Shown here: positions 22,781-32,685 of the stretch, piece by piece
How positions within the stretch are numbered: the first letter of the stretch is position 1
How the letters are laid out: every line of letters starts with the position of its first letter
Assembly: GCA_963755915.1 (NCBI GenBank)
Contig: CAVWLP010000002.1
Span: forward strand, 1,856,001 to 1,920,000
Length of the DNA: 64,000 nucleotides
Source: an uncultured Phycisphaerales bacterium
GTDB lineage: Bacteria; Planctomycetota; Phycisphaerae; Tepidisphaerales; Tepidisphaeraceae
Direction: 5' to 3'
Program-made: the position numbers and the translations under genes
Notes under the pieces: model-generated
Seen by the model: the letters and a program-made list of their open reading frames with translations, nothing else
Told to the model about the DNA's origin: nothing
Databases searched by the model: none

Positions 22781-24676
22781 TTAATTGGAACCGTGAGCGC
22801 CCAAGCTGGGCACGGGGGGTTGGGGAGGGGGTGATTCGTCGGTTTCGCGGATCAAAAGGGGCTGGGCCATCTGATGAATTTGGCGCAGGGCTTCGTCAAA
22901 CTGCGTCGCAAGCTCGGCGTTGGCTTCGCTGGTCAGGCGATGGCGAAGCTTGTCGGTAATTCCCTGCACATGCCAAAGGCCGATGACCAGGCGAATCTCC
23001 GGTAGCTTGGCGCGGACGCGTTTGCAGACGTATCGGGCGTGGGCGGCGGCGCCGGGGGGCATGGCGGAGATGACGACGACGTCGACCTTTTCGCTCGAAA
23101 GAACCTCCACGCGCTCGCTGGCGAGGGAACTGGCCGAGATTGGGGTGACGGTGTATCCCAGCCCCTGGAGGAGGCTGGCGAGCATCAGGCCGGCGATTTC
23201 CTCGACGCGGTTGTGTGCGGGGAGCAGGGCGATTCGAATCGTGGCATCCCGGGGCACTTTTACGGTGTCGTCCTTCTTTTCCGCGACCTGGGCGGATTTT
23301 TCGTCGGGCTGACCAGCATCTTCAATCTCATCGCTCATGACCTGCAGGATGAAATCCAAACGGCCCTCGTCGAGAATTCCGGCGCGGAAGTCGCGCTGGG
23401 CCATGACCAGGGCGGGGAGCATGATCTGGCTGAAAAGCTGCTCGCGATTACGGTCTTTCTCGAATTCATCGAGCAGGTCCTCGGCTTCCTCGGCGTCTTC
23501 GGCAAGCAGGCGCTGGTAATAGCGCTCGGGAGGACTGAGCACCGGCTGGTCGCCCAGCAGAATATCGAGAAAGGCGAGCTGGGGGACGTATTTTCCGGCG
23601 ACGGCGAGAAGGACGGTGAGCGGCGTAGAGAGGAGCAAGCCGATGCCGCCCCAGAGCCAGGTCCAGAAGACAGCGGCGACGAGAATCGCCAGCGGGGAGA
23701 GGCCGGTTCGGGCGCCGAAGAGGAGAGGCTCGACGGCGTTTGCGGCGACAATCTCGAGTAGGGCGAAGAGTCCGAGGGTGAGAAATGGGCGGGCGGTGTA
23801 ATACCCCTCCGGCAACACGGCGGAGAGGATGATGGGAAAAAGTGCGCCGATCCAGATTCCAACGTAGGGAACGAATCGGAGCAGGGCACAGAGCAAACCC
23901 CACAGTGGGGCGTTGGGGATGTGAATGAGATAGAGGCCGAGTGCGACCAGAATTCCGTAGATGCCGTTGACGGCGGATTGTGCGGCGAGATAGCGGCTGA
24001 TGCGGGTGGCGGCTTCGTCGAGGGCGCGGGTAGTGACGGTCAGTTGTCCGTGGCCGACCAGGCGGATCACGCGGTCGCGGATGTCTTCGCGCTGGATGAG
24101 CATGAAGACCACAAAGACGATGACAACCAGGAACTGGGCCATGGGCGCGATGATGTCCAGGGCGGAGCGGACGGTTCCCAGAGCTGATGGCGTTTCCGGC
24201 GACGAGGTAATTTCGACGGCGACGGGATTTTCTTTGGTTCCGCGGTTTGCCCAGGTTTGCCCAACGCCGTCCGGCTGGGTGGTAACCACTTCCTTGGCCA
24301 TGGTGGCGATTTCACTCGACGCCTTGGCCCAGACGCCGCCTCCCAGATAGTGATGGACGCCGGCGATCTTGTGCTCGATGTCGGCCTGATAATCACCGAG
24401 TTTAACGGCCAGTTCGGTGGCCTGATCTGAAATGACCCATCCGATGCCGCCGAGGAGGGCGAAGGAAAGGGCGACGACGATGAGGACGCTGGGGGTGCGG
24501 CGGAGGCGGAGGCGTTCGAGACGATGGACCAGGGGGGCGAGGAGAAAGGTCAGGAGGAGGGCGACGGCGAGGGGAATGAGGACGGCCCGGGCGAAATAGA
24601 GACCGGCGACCACGCCGCAGATGGCCGCCAGGGCGAGAAATCGCCCTGACTTGCTGCTTGCGGATGGTTCGCCCAT
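22781..24676 (-). CDS. AI-2E/PerM family transporter with C-terminal cytoplasmic (B12-binding/REC-like) domain
   Basis: Multi-TM, LRFVPYVG, LSPLAILVAAVFWTWLWGGIGLLLSTPLT, YYQRLLA. Confidence 0.88.
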   Translation of the reverse strand: MGEPSASSKSGRFLALAAICGVVAGLYFARAVLIPLAVALLLTFLLAPLVHRLERLRLRRTPSVLIVVALSFALLGGIGWVISDQATELAVKLGDYQADIEHKIAGVHHYLGGGVWAKASSEIATMAKEVVTTQPDGVGQTWANRGTKENPVAVEITSSPETPSALGTVRSALDIIAPMAQFLVVIVFVVFMLIQREDIRDRVIRLVGHGQLTVTTRALDEAATRISRYLAAQSAVNGIYGILVALGLYLIHIPNAPLWGLLCALLRFVPYVGIWIGALFPIILSAVLPEGYYTARPFLTLGLFALLEIVAANAVEPLLFGARTGLSPLAILVAAVFWTWLWGGIGLLLSTPLTVLLAVAGKYVPQLAFLDILLGDQPVLSPPERYYQRLLAEDAEEAEDLLDEFEKDRNREQLFSQIMLPALVMAQRDFRAGILDEGRLDFILQVMSDEIEDAGQPDEKSAQVAEKKDDTVKVPRDATIRIALLPAHNRVEEIAGLMLASLLQGLGYTVTPISASSLASERVEVLSSEKVDVVVISAMPPGAAAHARYVCKRVRAKLPEIRLVIGLWHVQGITDKLRHRLTSEANAELATQFDEALRQIHQMAQPLLIRETDESPPPQPPVPSLGAHGSN

Positions 24677-24796
24677 GGAGGCGATTGTAAGCGACCTTAC
24701 TCATTGGCGGAGCGGGGAAATTATCCGGACCGCGTTGGGGGCTGATAATCCATACCCGCAACGAAAATCAGGGCGAGATGGCCGATAGAGTTAGTC

Positions 24797-25498
24797 ATGA
24801 GATTGGGTAGGTGCGGGATCAGGCGTTGGTTGGATAGGCCCCAGGATGGCGGCTCGACTGTCTTCGACCCTGAGGCTCAGACCCGAAGGGAGCTCGCCGA
24901 AGTCCATCCTGGGGCTTTGGGCGCGGTGACTGGGGTTGTTCTGACTCTTGTCGTGCTGCTGGGTGTGGGGGAGGCTTCGGGGCAGGCCACGCGGCCCGAT
25001 TCGGATGCTTCGCCGACGTGGGCGAAGGCCGTGAGCTCTATTGCGGCGGCGGCGGCGGGGCACGATGCGCAAACATTGCAGTCGCTGATCGATCCAAATT
25101 GCCAGATCAAGCGTTTCAACGCCGAGGGGGCGGGCGATGTTTCCGACTTCACGGATTTCGCGACCGGGACGTCAATCATCGGGGATCACGCGTATGTATT
25201 TCCGGATGTCAGCGCGATCGCCGACATCGCGCGCGATATCGATTTATCGCCGCTGGTGAGCGACTACCAGCGGAAGGAGCTTTCGATGGGGGACGCGAAT
25301 CAGAAGTCGGGGGTGATGCGGTGGATCGCGCAGTCGCTGGATGCGCAGGATGGGGAGCTGATCGGGGTGATCGTTTTGTGGGATTCGCGTGCGGATACCG
25401 ACGACATGCACCGACCGAATTTTATTTTGATCAAGGCGGAGAAATCGGATGGGGGATTCAAGCCTACGCAGATTGTTTATGGGGATCCGCTGCAGTAA
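24797..25498 (+). CDS. Hypothetical exported protein
   Basis: 233-aa ORF with a hydrophobic signal followed by QATRP; N-terminus contains in-frame micro-repeats. Confidence 0.65.
   Translation: MRLGRCGIRRWLDRPQDGGSTVFDPEAQTRRELAEVHPGALGAVTGVVLTLVVLLGVGEASGQATRPDSDASPTWAKAVSSIAAAAAGHDAQTLQSLIDPNCQIKRFNAEGAGDVSDFTDFATGTSIIGDHAYVFPDVSAIADIARDIDLSPLVSDYQRKELSMGDANQKSGVMRWIAQSLDAQDGELIGVIVLWDSRADTDDMHRPNFILIKAEKSDGGFKPTQIVYGDPLQ
24861..24890. repeat. 30-bp palindromic micro-element nested in a GGCTCGACTG|AGCTCGCCGAAGTC segment
   Basis: TCTTCGACCCTGAGGCTCAGACCCGAAGG matches 26/29 with the IS481-interrupted copy at 28574-28590+29953-29964. Confidence 0.75.
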
Positions 25499-25527
25499 GT
25501 AGGGACGCAAAATGACTGGGGATGTCT

Positions 25528-25657
25528 TTCCCGTCGCTCGGTACGCGGGACGCAGTCATCAAGGAGAGGGCAAGCGCAGCGCGGGTGAGGGAAGTTTTCT
25601 GCGTAATTCGCTCAAGGCCCTCACCCCAACCCTCTCCCGGAGTACCGGGGGAGGGGG
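25528..25657. repeat. Inverted pair of REP-like repeats (REPIN-like)
   Basis: ...gagaggg...gggtgaggg followed by ccctcaccccaaccctctcccggagtaccgggggagggg, between convergent genes. Confidence 0.7.
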
Positions 25658-25698
25658 TAAAGAAATTAGGGGAATCATTTTGCGTTCGAAGTTAGCAG

Positions 25699-26604
25699 CT
25701 ATTTCACTTCAAGCACGATGATGGAAAGATCGTCCTTCGGGGCGAGGCTTCCCGTCTCGCGATCGATATTTTCGGCAAGCTCCTGAAGCAATTGCTCTGT
25801 CGGCATATCGCGGCGGTTTTGGAGCTCTTTACGCCATTGCTGGGTATCGAGGAGCTGGTCGTCGGCAAAGGCCACTTCGATGCCGTCGGTGTAGATGAAG
25901 AGGCGGTCTCCCGAGCGCAGTTGTACCTGGGCGTGGCAATATTTTTCTTCGCGGAAGATTCCGAGGAGGGGGCCTTCGCCGTGGAGGTTCATGACGCTTC
26001 CGTCGTGCGCATGAGCAGCGGGGGGGGGTGTCCAGCGCCGGCGTAGCGGCAGACCAGGGTGCTGGCGTTGACGGTGCCGTAAACGGCGGTTGCGAAGGTT
26101 GCGTGGGTGAGGTTCTGGTCGACGAGGGAGGCGTTGAGGCGTTCCAGGGTTTCGCCGGGATCGAGAAGGCGATAGCCGCCGGGGGTGATTTGTTTGGTGA
26201 CCAGGGCGTTTTTGATGAACATGGTGAGGAGGGCCGCGGGCATTCCGTGGCCGACGGCATCGGCCATGTAAAAGCAGACGTGGGTTTCGTCGAGGCGGGC
26301 GACATCGTAGAGGTCTCCGCTGACGTAACCGGCGGGGCGATAGAGGGTGTGGAAATGGATGGGGCCGATCTGGGGAAGGGTCTTGGGCAAAAAGTCCTGC
26401 TGGAGGCGGGCGGCAAGGCGGAGCTCCTCGTCGAGGCGGTGCATGTAAAAGTTGAGGGTTTCATCGCGGCGGCTCATCAAATTGATTTCTTTGCGCAGGG
26501 CTTCGAGCTCTGCGCAGGGTTTCAACCTGGGCCAAGGCCGCGTCTTCGATTTTGGGCTCGGAAGTTTGCTCGGTTGTCGTGCCCGCCACGGAATCCTCTC
26601 TCAT
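25699..26604 (-). CDS. PP2C/SpoIIE-family serine phosphatase (frameshifts near 26512 and 26008)
   Basis: VSGDLYDV, ADAVGHGMPAAL, AGHPPP, GDRLFIYTDG, DDLS. Confidence 0.9.
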
Positions 26605-26646
26605 CGGATTTCGGTCAGGGGCGATAAAAACTTGAATGAGGCGGGG

Positions 26647-27087
26647 CTATTTTTGCGGGGGGAGGGTTATATGGTCGCCGACGTGCAGATTGAGCCGGGC
26701 GGCGGTGCCGGCGTTGAGCTCGATGACATATTGGGCGGGGACGTCGCTGGAGATGCCTTTATCGCTGAATGCGTCCATGTGCTTGATACTTACAATCGTG
26801 CCATCGGGCGAAAGAAAGAGGTTATCGAGCCCGAAATGGACATCGTGATTCCAGAAATTCTGGACGAACGGGTGATCGTTAATAAAGATCATTCCATGGT
26901 CGGAGTCGAGGTGATCGCGGTGCATCAGGCCCACCTCCTGGTCGTGGAATGATTGGGCGATCTCGATGTTGAAGGTTTGGCCGCCGATGGTGATTTGCTC
27001 AACGGGGAGGGAAGAATCGCTTTCCCTGGAGCTGCAGGACGTAGCCAGGAGCAGGATCAGGAAAGTGGGTGCGAGGCGGATTTTCAT
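26647..27087 (-). CDS. DUF192 family lipoprotein
   Basis: Lipobox-like LATSC; GLMHRD, GMIF, YVIELNAG. Confidence 0.88.
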   Translation of the reverse strand: MKIRLAPTFLILLLATSCSSRESDSSLPVEQITIGGQTFNIEIAQSFHDQEVGLMHRDHLDSDHGMIFINDHPFVQNFWNHDVHFGLDNLFLSPDGTIVSIKHMDAFSDKGISSDVPAQYVIELNAGTAARLNLHVGDHITLPPQK

Positions 27088-27425
27088 GGTTTGTGGGTAC
27101 GTTCGCGTTTGAGCTTCATGGTCAGATGAATATCGATCGCCACGAGAATGATGATAAGCATTAGCAATAAAATCGCACTGGTCCAGACGGCGAGGTAAGC
27201 GCCGGGATTTCGCTGGTCATTGACGGTATTGAATCCGGCGAAACAGGCGACGGCCAGCAGAAAAAGCGACGCCCCGCAAATGCGGCGGAGGACGATGCGG
27301 AGGGAATTGCGTCCCTGGGGCTCGAGACCGGCGAGGCGTTTGGCGGCGTTGGAGGAGAAGAGGTAGAACCATCCAGCGGCGGCACAGGCGAGTGCGAAGA
27401 TGTCCGCGATGGCCGCCTCGTTCAT
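27084..27425 (-). CDS. Small membrane protein (3 TM)
   Basis: Hydrophobic ORF in operon with maf and DUF192. Confidence 0.7.
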   Translation of the reverse strand: MNEAAIADIFALACAAAGWFYLFSSNAAKRLAGLEPQGRNSLRIVLRRICGASLFLLAVACFAGFNTVNDQRNPGAYLAVWTSAILLLMLIIILVAIDIHLTMKLKRERTHKP

Positions 27426-27435
27426 GACGGTCAAT

Positions 27436-28046
27436 TTACCTGATTCGCGGTTGGGCATGAACCCCTGCTGATTTGAGCATTTCGGCGGTGGTCGTCATCG
27501 GCAGGCCCATGATGTTGGTATAGCATCCTGCGGTGCGGCGGACGAAGGGATCGCGATCCTGAATTCCGTAGGCGCCGGCTTTTCCCTGCCAGTCGCCGGA
27601 GGCGATATAGGCGTCGATTTCGGCGGGGTGCAGTGGTTTCATTTCGACCGTAGAAATAACGACGCGGGAAAGAAACAGGTTGTCGCTGTGCCGAACAAGT
27701 GTGACGGCGGTGATGACCTGGTGGGTTGTGCCGGAAAGAGAGGCGAGAATTCTTCGGGCGTCTCGAGCGTCGCTGGGTTTGCCGAGAATTTCTTGGCCGA
27801 GGGAGACGACGGTATCGGCGCCGAGGACGAGCGAATCGGGGAAATTTTCCGCGACCTTTTCGGCCTTTAGGCGGGCCAGCTCGGCTGCGAGATCCTGGGC
27901 TGGCCATTTTCGCTGGCTGGTAATTGCCTCTTCATCGACATCGGCGGGATGAACTTCGAATTCGTAGCCGGCCTCGCGTAGAAGGGACTGGCGGCGCGGG
28001 AGGCGCTGGCGAGAATTAATTCTGCCGAGTTGGATTGATTGGCCAT
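27436..28046 (-). CDS. maf: Maf family nucleoside triphosphate pyrophosphatase (frameshift near 27996)
   Basis: LILASAS(PRR), VLGADTVV, LGKP, GKAGAYGIQ, NIMGLP. Confidence 0.9.
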
Positions 28047-28049
28047 TAC

Positions 28050-28469
28050 CTAATGAATGAGCCGCACGGCGACGTCACCGATGGCGGGCTCGCGCCCGCC
28101 CTTGCCGGGGGGATCATATTTGACAGTCAGAGAATTCTCGGTGACGGCCTCGACTTTTCCCATGGTCAGGACTTTTCCATTGGAATCCAGGAAGGTAATG
28201 ATGTCTCCCTCGGTGAAATCCTTGACGGGAACATCGGAGACGGAAGCGAGGTTAGAGCTGGAGAGAACGGCGGTCACTTCCCCGACGCGGGCATCGGGAC
28301 GCTGGTTGCGATAGGTTTGCTGCAATTGAGTCAATTGCTCGGGGGTTACCGGGGGGGCGGGGGGTGGGCTTGCCGTTGAGCAGCCGCTTAATGCCAAAAC
28401 TAGCCCGGCCAGCGTGGCCACCGTCAATCCATGAATGCAGACCTTGTTCATGTCGCCTAGTTTAACCAA
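28050..28469 (-). CDS. Hypothetical lipoprotein
   Basis: Lipobox LSGC after a hydrophobic stretch. Confidence 0.7.
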   Translation of the reverse strand: MVKLGDMNKVCIHGLTVATLAGLVLALSGCSTASPPPAPPVTPEQLTQLQQTYRNQRPDARVGEVTAVLSSSNLASVSDVPVKDFTEGDIITFLDSNGKVLTMGKVEAVTENSLTVKYDPPGKGGREPAIGDVAVRLIH

Positions 28470-28590
28470 GTTTATGGAAATCGGAAATTGGCAATGTCGC
28501 GAAGGGGCAGCCGTTATAGTGCAATCGCATATGGATTGAAAAATGCCGAAGGCCCCCCACCCTAACCCTCCCCTCTTCGAGCCTGAGCCT

Positions 28591-29947
28591 TGTATAGACC
28601 GGAGACATGGGTAACAGGTCTCTCAGGACATAGGTAACACATTTCATTTTGGGTATCACGGCCAAAAAGGAGGCCGATGCCCTGGAAGGAATGTGTGACG
28701 AACGAAGTTCGCGGTGAGTTTGTGCAACTGGCTATGCGGGCGGATGCTAACCTGGCAGCGCTTTGCCGACGGTTCGGAATCAGCCGGCGCTGTGGTTACA
28801 AATGGCTCCGGCGTTATCGTGCCGAGGGTCAGGCGGGATTGTTGGATCGTTCGCGTCGCCCGCACGCCAGTCCCGCACAGGTGGACGGCCGGATGAGGCA
28901 GGCGGTTGTGAGGCTTCGCATGAAGCATCCGGTGTGGGGAGGCCGCAAGCTGAGGAAGCTGCTGGAGAATCAGGGTCGGGATCCGGCGACGTTGCCTGCG
29001 GTGAGCACGATCGGGCGTATTTTATTTCGCGGTGGACTGATCGATCCGGCTCGATCATCACAGCACCGGGCGTTTCAACGCTTTGAGCACGATCAGCCCA
29101 ATGACCTTTGGCAGATGGACTTCAAGGGACATTTCGCCTTGGGCAACGGGCGGCGTTGCCATGCCCTGACGGTGCTGGATGATCACTCACGTTATTGTCT
29201 TTGCCTGCAGGCATGCACGGGTGAGACCGAGCAGGATGTGAAGCCCGCATTGGTGCGACTATTCCAGCAAAATGGCCTGCCGCTGAGGATTTTGTGCGAC
29301 AACGGTCCTCCGTGGGGCACCTGGCATGGGCAGGAACGGCAAGGGTACACGCGTTTGGGTCTGTGGCTGTTGCGTCAGAACGTGGGAGTATGTCACGGCC
29401 GTCCGCGTCACCCGCAAACACAAGGCAAGGACGAGCGTCTGCATCGAACGCTTAAAGAGGAGCTGCTGATGCGTCAGCCGCTGGCCAATATGGCTGATGC
29501 CCAGAAGCATTTCGACCCCTGGCGTGAGCAGTACAATTGCGTGCGTCCCCACGAGGCGTTGGGTCTGGCGGTTCCGGCCAGCCGCTACGGCAAAAGTCCT
29601 CGGGCTTACGAGCCTGATCTCAAGGTGGAGTACCTTGCCGGTGACCAGGTGAGAAAGGTGGATCGCAATGGGCTGTTCGCCTTCCGGAGCATCGAGTGGC
29701 GTTTGGGCATTGCCTTTGCGGGCGAGACGGTAGCGATTCGGTTGACCGCGGCGGATGGAATAATGGCCGTGGTCTATGCCAGACAAACAGTGGCGGGCGT
29801 CAATCTGAAGGAAATCAGCCGAGGCCGTCGGCGAGTTGTGTGCTGTGCCGAGCCTCCGGTCGCTGCGCTCCCTCCGGCTCGGCACAGCACACAAAAAGTG
29901 TTACCTATGTCCTGAGAGAGGTGTTATCTATGTCCTGGAACAAAACA
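28591..29947 (+). mobile_element. IS481-family insertion sequence, 1357 bp
   Basis: TGT...ACA ends, repeated internal GACAT(A/G)GGTAACA sites in both inverted ends, 5-bp target duplication AGCCT (28586-28590, 29948-29952). Confidence 0.92.
28677..29915 (+). CDS. IS481-family transposase (intact)
   Basis: HTH (LCRRFGISR..GYKW), WQMDFKG, LDDHSRY, DNG, PQTQGKDER. Confidence 0.95.
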   Translation: MPWKECVTNEVRGEFVQLAMRADANLAALCRRFGISRRCGYKWLRRYRAEGQAGLLDRSRRPHASPAQVDGRMRQAVVRLRMKHPVWGGRKLRKLLENQGRDPATLPAVSTIGRILFRGGLIDPARSSQHRAFQRFEHDQPNDLWQMDFKGHFALGNGRRCHALTVLDDHSRYCLCLQACTGETEQDVKPALVRLFQQNGLPLRILCDNGPPWGTWHGQERQGYTRLGLWLLRQNVGVCHGRPRHPQTQGKDERLHRTLKEELLMRQPLANMADAQKHFDPWREQYNCVRPHEALGLAVPASRYGKSPRAYEPDLKVEYLAGDQVRKVDRNGLFAFRSIEWRLGIAFAGETVAIRLTAADGIMAVVYARQTVAGVNLKEISRGRRRVVCCAEPPVAALPPARHSTQKVLPMS

Positions 29948-30102
29948 AGCCTCAGAGCCGAAGGCCGGAGTACCAGGGGAGGGGTGATAGGGGCAGATGC
30001 GATTGCCCTGGCAGCCGTTATGGCGCGTGGCGGCAAAAGCTTGAATCTTCCGATGGAAATTCGATTGGTTTATTGAACCGTTGAACTTAGAATTCGGCTC
30101 CC

Positions 30103-30648
30103 ATGACGAATGTTACACTCGATCCCGTCGGCATCGACGGCGCAAAACTGACGAAACTTACGGTTTGGGAAGATGAACGCGGGTCATTTTTCGAGGCCTT
30201 CCGCGCCTCCTGGTTTGCTGAGCAGCGGCAACGCTGGATGCAGTGGAATGTTTCGCGCTCCACGGGCAGCGTGGTGCGCGGGCTTCATTTTCATAAGCTT
30301 CAGACGGATTACTGGCACGTGGTCGCCGGCAGGGTGCTGGTCGGGCTGGTCGATCTGCGGCCGAAATCGCTGACGTATAAGGTTGCCAAGTGCATTACGC
30401 TCGACGCGGCGGATCCCCAAGGGCTTTATATTCCGCCGGGGGTTTTGCATGGATACAAGATTGAGAAAGACGCGACGATCATGTATCTGGTTGACGTCGA
30501 ATATACGGGGAAGGACGAGTATGGCGTCCGCTGGAACGATCCGGCGCTGGGGCTGCCGAAGGAATGGTATGAGGGGCCGGAGCCGGCGGTGTCGAAGCGG
30601 GATTCGACGGCGCCGATGCTGAAGGATTTGAAAGCGAAGGCGGAGTGA
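30103..30648 (+). CDS. rfbC: dTDP-4-dehydrorhamnose 3,5-epimerase family protein
   Basis: DERGSFFE, VRGLHF, DLRPKS.T, IPPGVLHG, WNDP. Confidence 0.9.
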   Translation: MTNVTLDPVGIDGAKLTKLTVWEDERGSFFEAFRASWFAEQRQRWMQWNVSRSTGSVVRGLHFHKLQTDYWHVVAGRVLVGLVDLRPKSLTYKVAKCITLDAADPQGLYIPPGVLHGYKIEKDATIMYLVDVEYTGKDEYGVRWNDPALGLPKEWYEGPEPAVSKRDSTAPMLKDLKAKAE

Positions 30649-30657
30649 TTGCGAACG

Positions 30658-31047
<390 letters not shown>

Positions 31048-31125
31048 TTATAGACAACCCAGGTCCGACATCCAATCGGGAGCGGATTGACTCCTTGTGC
31101 GGGCCTCTCGATGATTCACAGCGGC

Positions 31126-31641
31126 ATGGCGGAAATTTCTATTCGATTCATCCGCAAGTCTGACTTACCGGCATTCAAGGCGCTGCGGCTGGAAGCGCTC
31201 CGCGGGCATCCCGACGCGTTTGGGTCGGATCATGAGGAAAATCTCGACCGGCCGGAATCTTTCTGGATCGAGCGCGTGGAGAAGCTCGTCGACAACCCGC
31301 ATGGCTGCGCCGTGGTGGCGGAATCCGGAGAGGAATTGGCCGGGATGGTCGGTGTCTGGCGGGAAGAGGGGCGGAAGTGCCTGCATAACGCGCATATCTG
31401 GGGCGTCTATATTCGCCCCGCTCATCGCGGAAAAAAGCTGATGGATCGGATGATTGATCGCGCGATCGAGTGGTGCCGTGGCAATGGAATTCGGATCGTC
31501 AGGCTGACGGTCGCCACGCATAACGCGAGTGCGATCCGCTGCTACCTTCGCTGCGGGTTTGCGGTGTATGGGGTCAGCCCGGCGGAGTTGCTCGTTGATG
31601 GGCGATTTATCGACGAGCTACTTTTGTTTCGAAGGATCTGA
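31126..31641 (+). CDS. GNAT family N-acetyltransferase
   Basis: LRLEAL..HPDAF, VYIRPAHRG, N..A...Y..CGF. Confidence 0.88.
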   Translation: MAEISIRFIRKSDLPAFKALRLEALRGHPDAFGSDHEENLDRPESFWIERVEKLVDNPHGCAVVAESGEELAGMVGVWREEGRKCLHNAHIWGVYIRPAHRGKKLMDRMIDRAIEWCRGNGIRIVRLTVATHNASAIRCYLRCGFAVYGVSPAELLVDGRFIDELLLFRRI

Positions 31642-31851
31642 AGATTCGGCTGCGCTGGGGCCTGGGGCCGATTTTCTTTGGGATTCGAATTGGCGAACGA
31701 GGCGGTGTGCCTGCTCGAGCCACTCGAGCTTCTGTGCGAGGGAAAGCTTTGCCATTCGGAGCAGTTGCAATCGCTCGTGTTCGTCCCATCTCCGTTCCCA
31801 GACGCGCTGCTGATCGTCGGCGTTATCGGCGTCGCTCATTGGCGGCTCCAA
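31618..31851 (-). CDS. Small hypothetical protein
   Basis: 77-aa helical ORF directly downstream of the LamG gene. Confidence 0.5.
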   Translation of the reverse strand: MEPPMSDADNADDQQRVWERRWDEHERLQLLRMAKLSLAQKLEWLEQAHRLVRQFESQRKSAPGPSAAESSDPSKQK

Positions 31852-31863
31852 CCCATTTGGTAA

Positions 31864-32634
31864 TCATTTCTGGGTCGTCGCCCCAGGCAGGGCGGCTGGC
31901 CCGGCCTTATACGCCGCCGCGATGTCATCGCCGGCGAGGGCATTGTCATAAACGCGGAATTCGCTGATCGTGGCGCTGAGGCCCGGGTCGTTGTCATAGG
32001 CCGATCGGCCGATCCACGCGTGCTTGGTGCTTACCTTGTCGAGCGTGTTGTCGCCCAGATCGGCCGGGGTTCCGTCTTCCTTGCCGTCGACGAAAACATG
32101 CAGCTTTTTGGCGGCGCCGTCTACGACGATGGCGACCATATGCTGCTTGCCGTCGTCGAGGCGGTCGTTGTCGATGTTGGTCTTCGACCCGGCGTCGGTT
32201 GCAGTAATGGCTGCGCGGGACTGGTCGTCGCTGTCGCGGGGGGTGAAGTAAATGAAGGCCTGGCCTTCGGAATTATTCTGGTCGCCGAGGTCGAGGACTC
32301 GCGAGAAGGCCGGTGCATCGCTGGCGGTGAACCAGACCACGAGGCTCACGCTGCCGGTCTTGGGAAGGATCGGCTTAGTGAAGGCGACGTATTGAACGTC
32401 ATCGTCGTCGCTGTTTTTGCCGTCGTTTTTCAGCGTCAATGCGCCGTTGGCAATCGAGGCGCCTTTCAGGTTGCCGTCGGCGGTTCCGACCGAATCCTTC
32501 ACCGTGCCGGCTTGCTGAAAGCTGTAGCGGTGAATCAAGTCCGCCTGGGCGTGGCAGGCAAAAAACCCGATTGCGGCGACGACAATCGCCACCAACCGGG
32601 AAAGGAGTTTCTGCGGAAGTGTTTGCGGAATCAT
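31864..32634 (-). CDS. Secreted LamG/concanavalin-like domain protein
   Basis: Signal peptide, LIHRYSF, WIGRSAY, ISEFRVYD.AL. Confidence 0.85.
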   Translation of the reverse strand: MIPQTLPQKLLSRLVAIVVAAIGFFACHAQADLIHRYSFQQAGTVKDSVGTADGNLKGASIANGALTLKNDGKNSDDDDVQYVAFTKPILPKTGSVSLVVWFTASDAPAFSRVLDLGDQNNSEGQAFIYFTPRDSDDQSRAAITATDAGSKTNIDNDRLDDGKQHMVAIVVDGAAKKLHVFVDGKEDGTPADLGDNTLDKVSTKHAWIGRSAYDNDPGLSATISEFRVYDNALAGDDIAAAYKAGPAALPGATTQK

Positions 32635-32685
32635 CGATTTTCCTCCGGCGAATAACGCACGATCTTAGTTCGCGGCGGGATGAGT

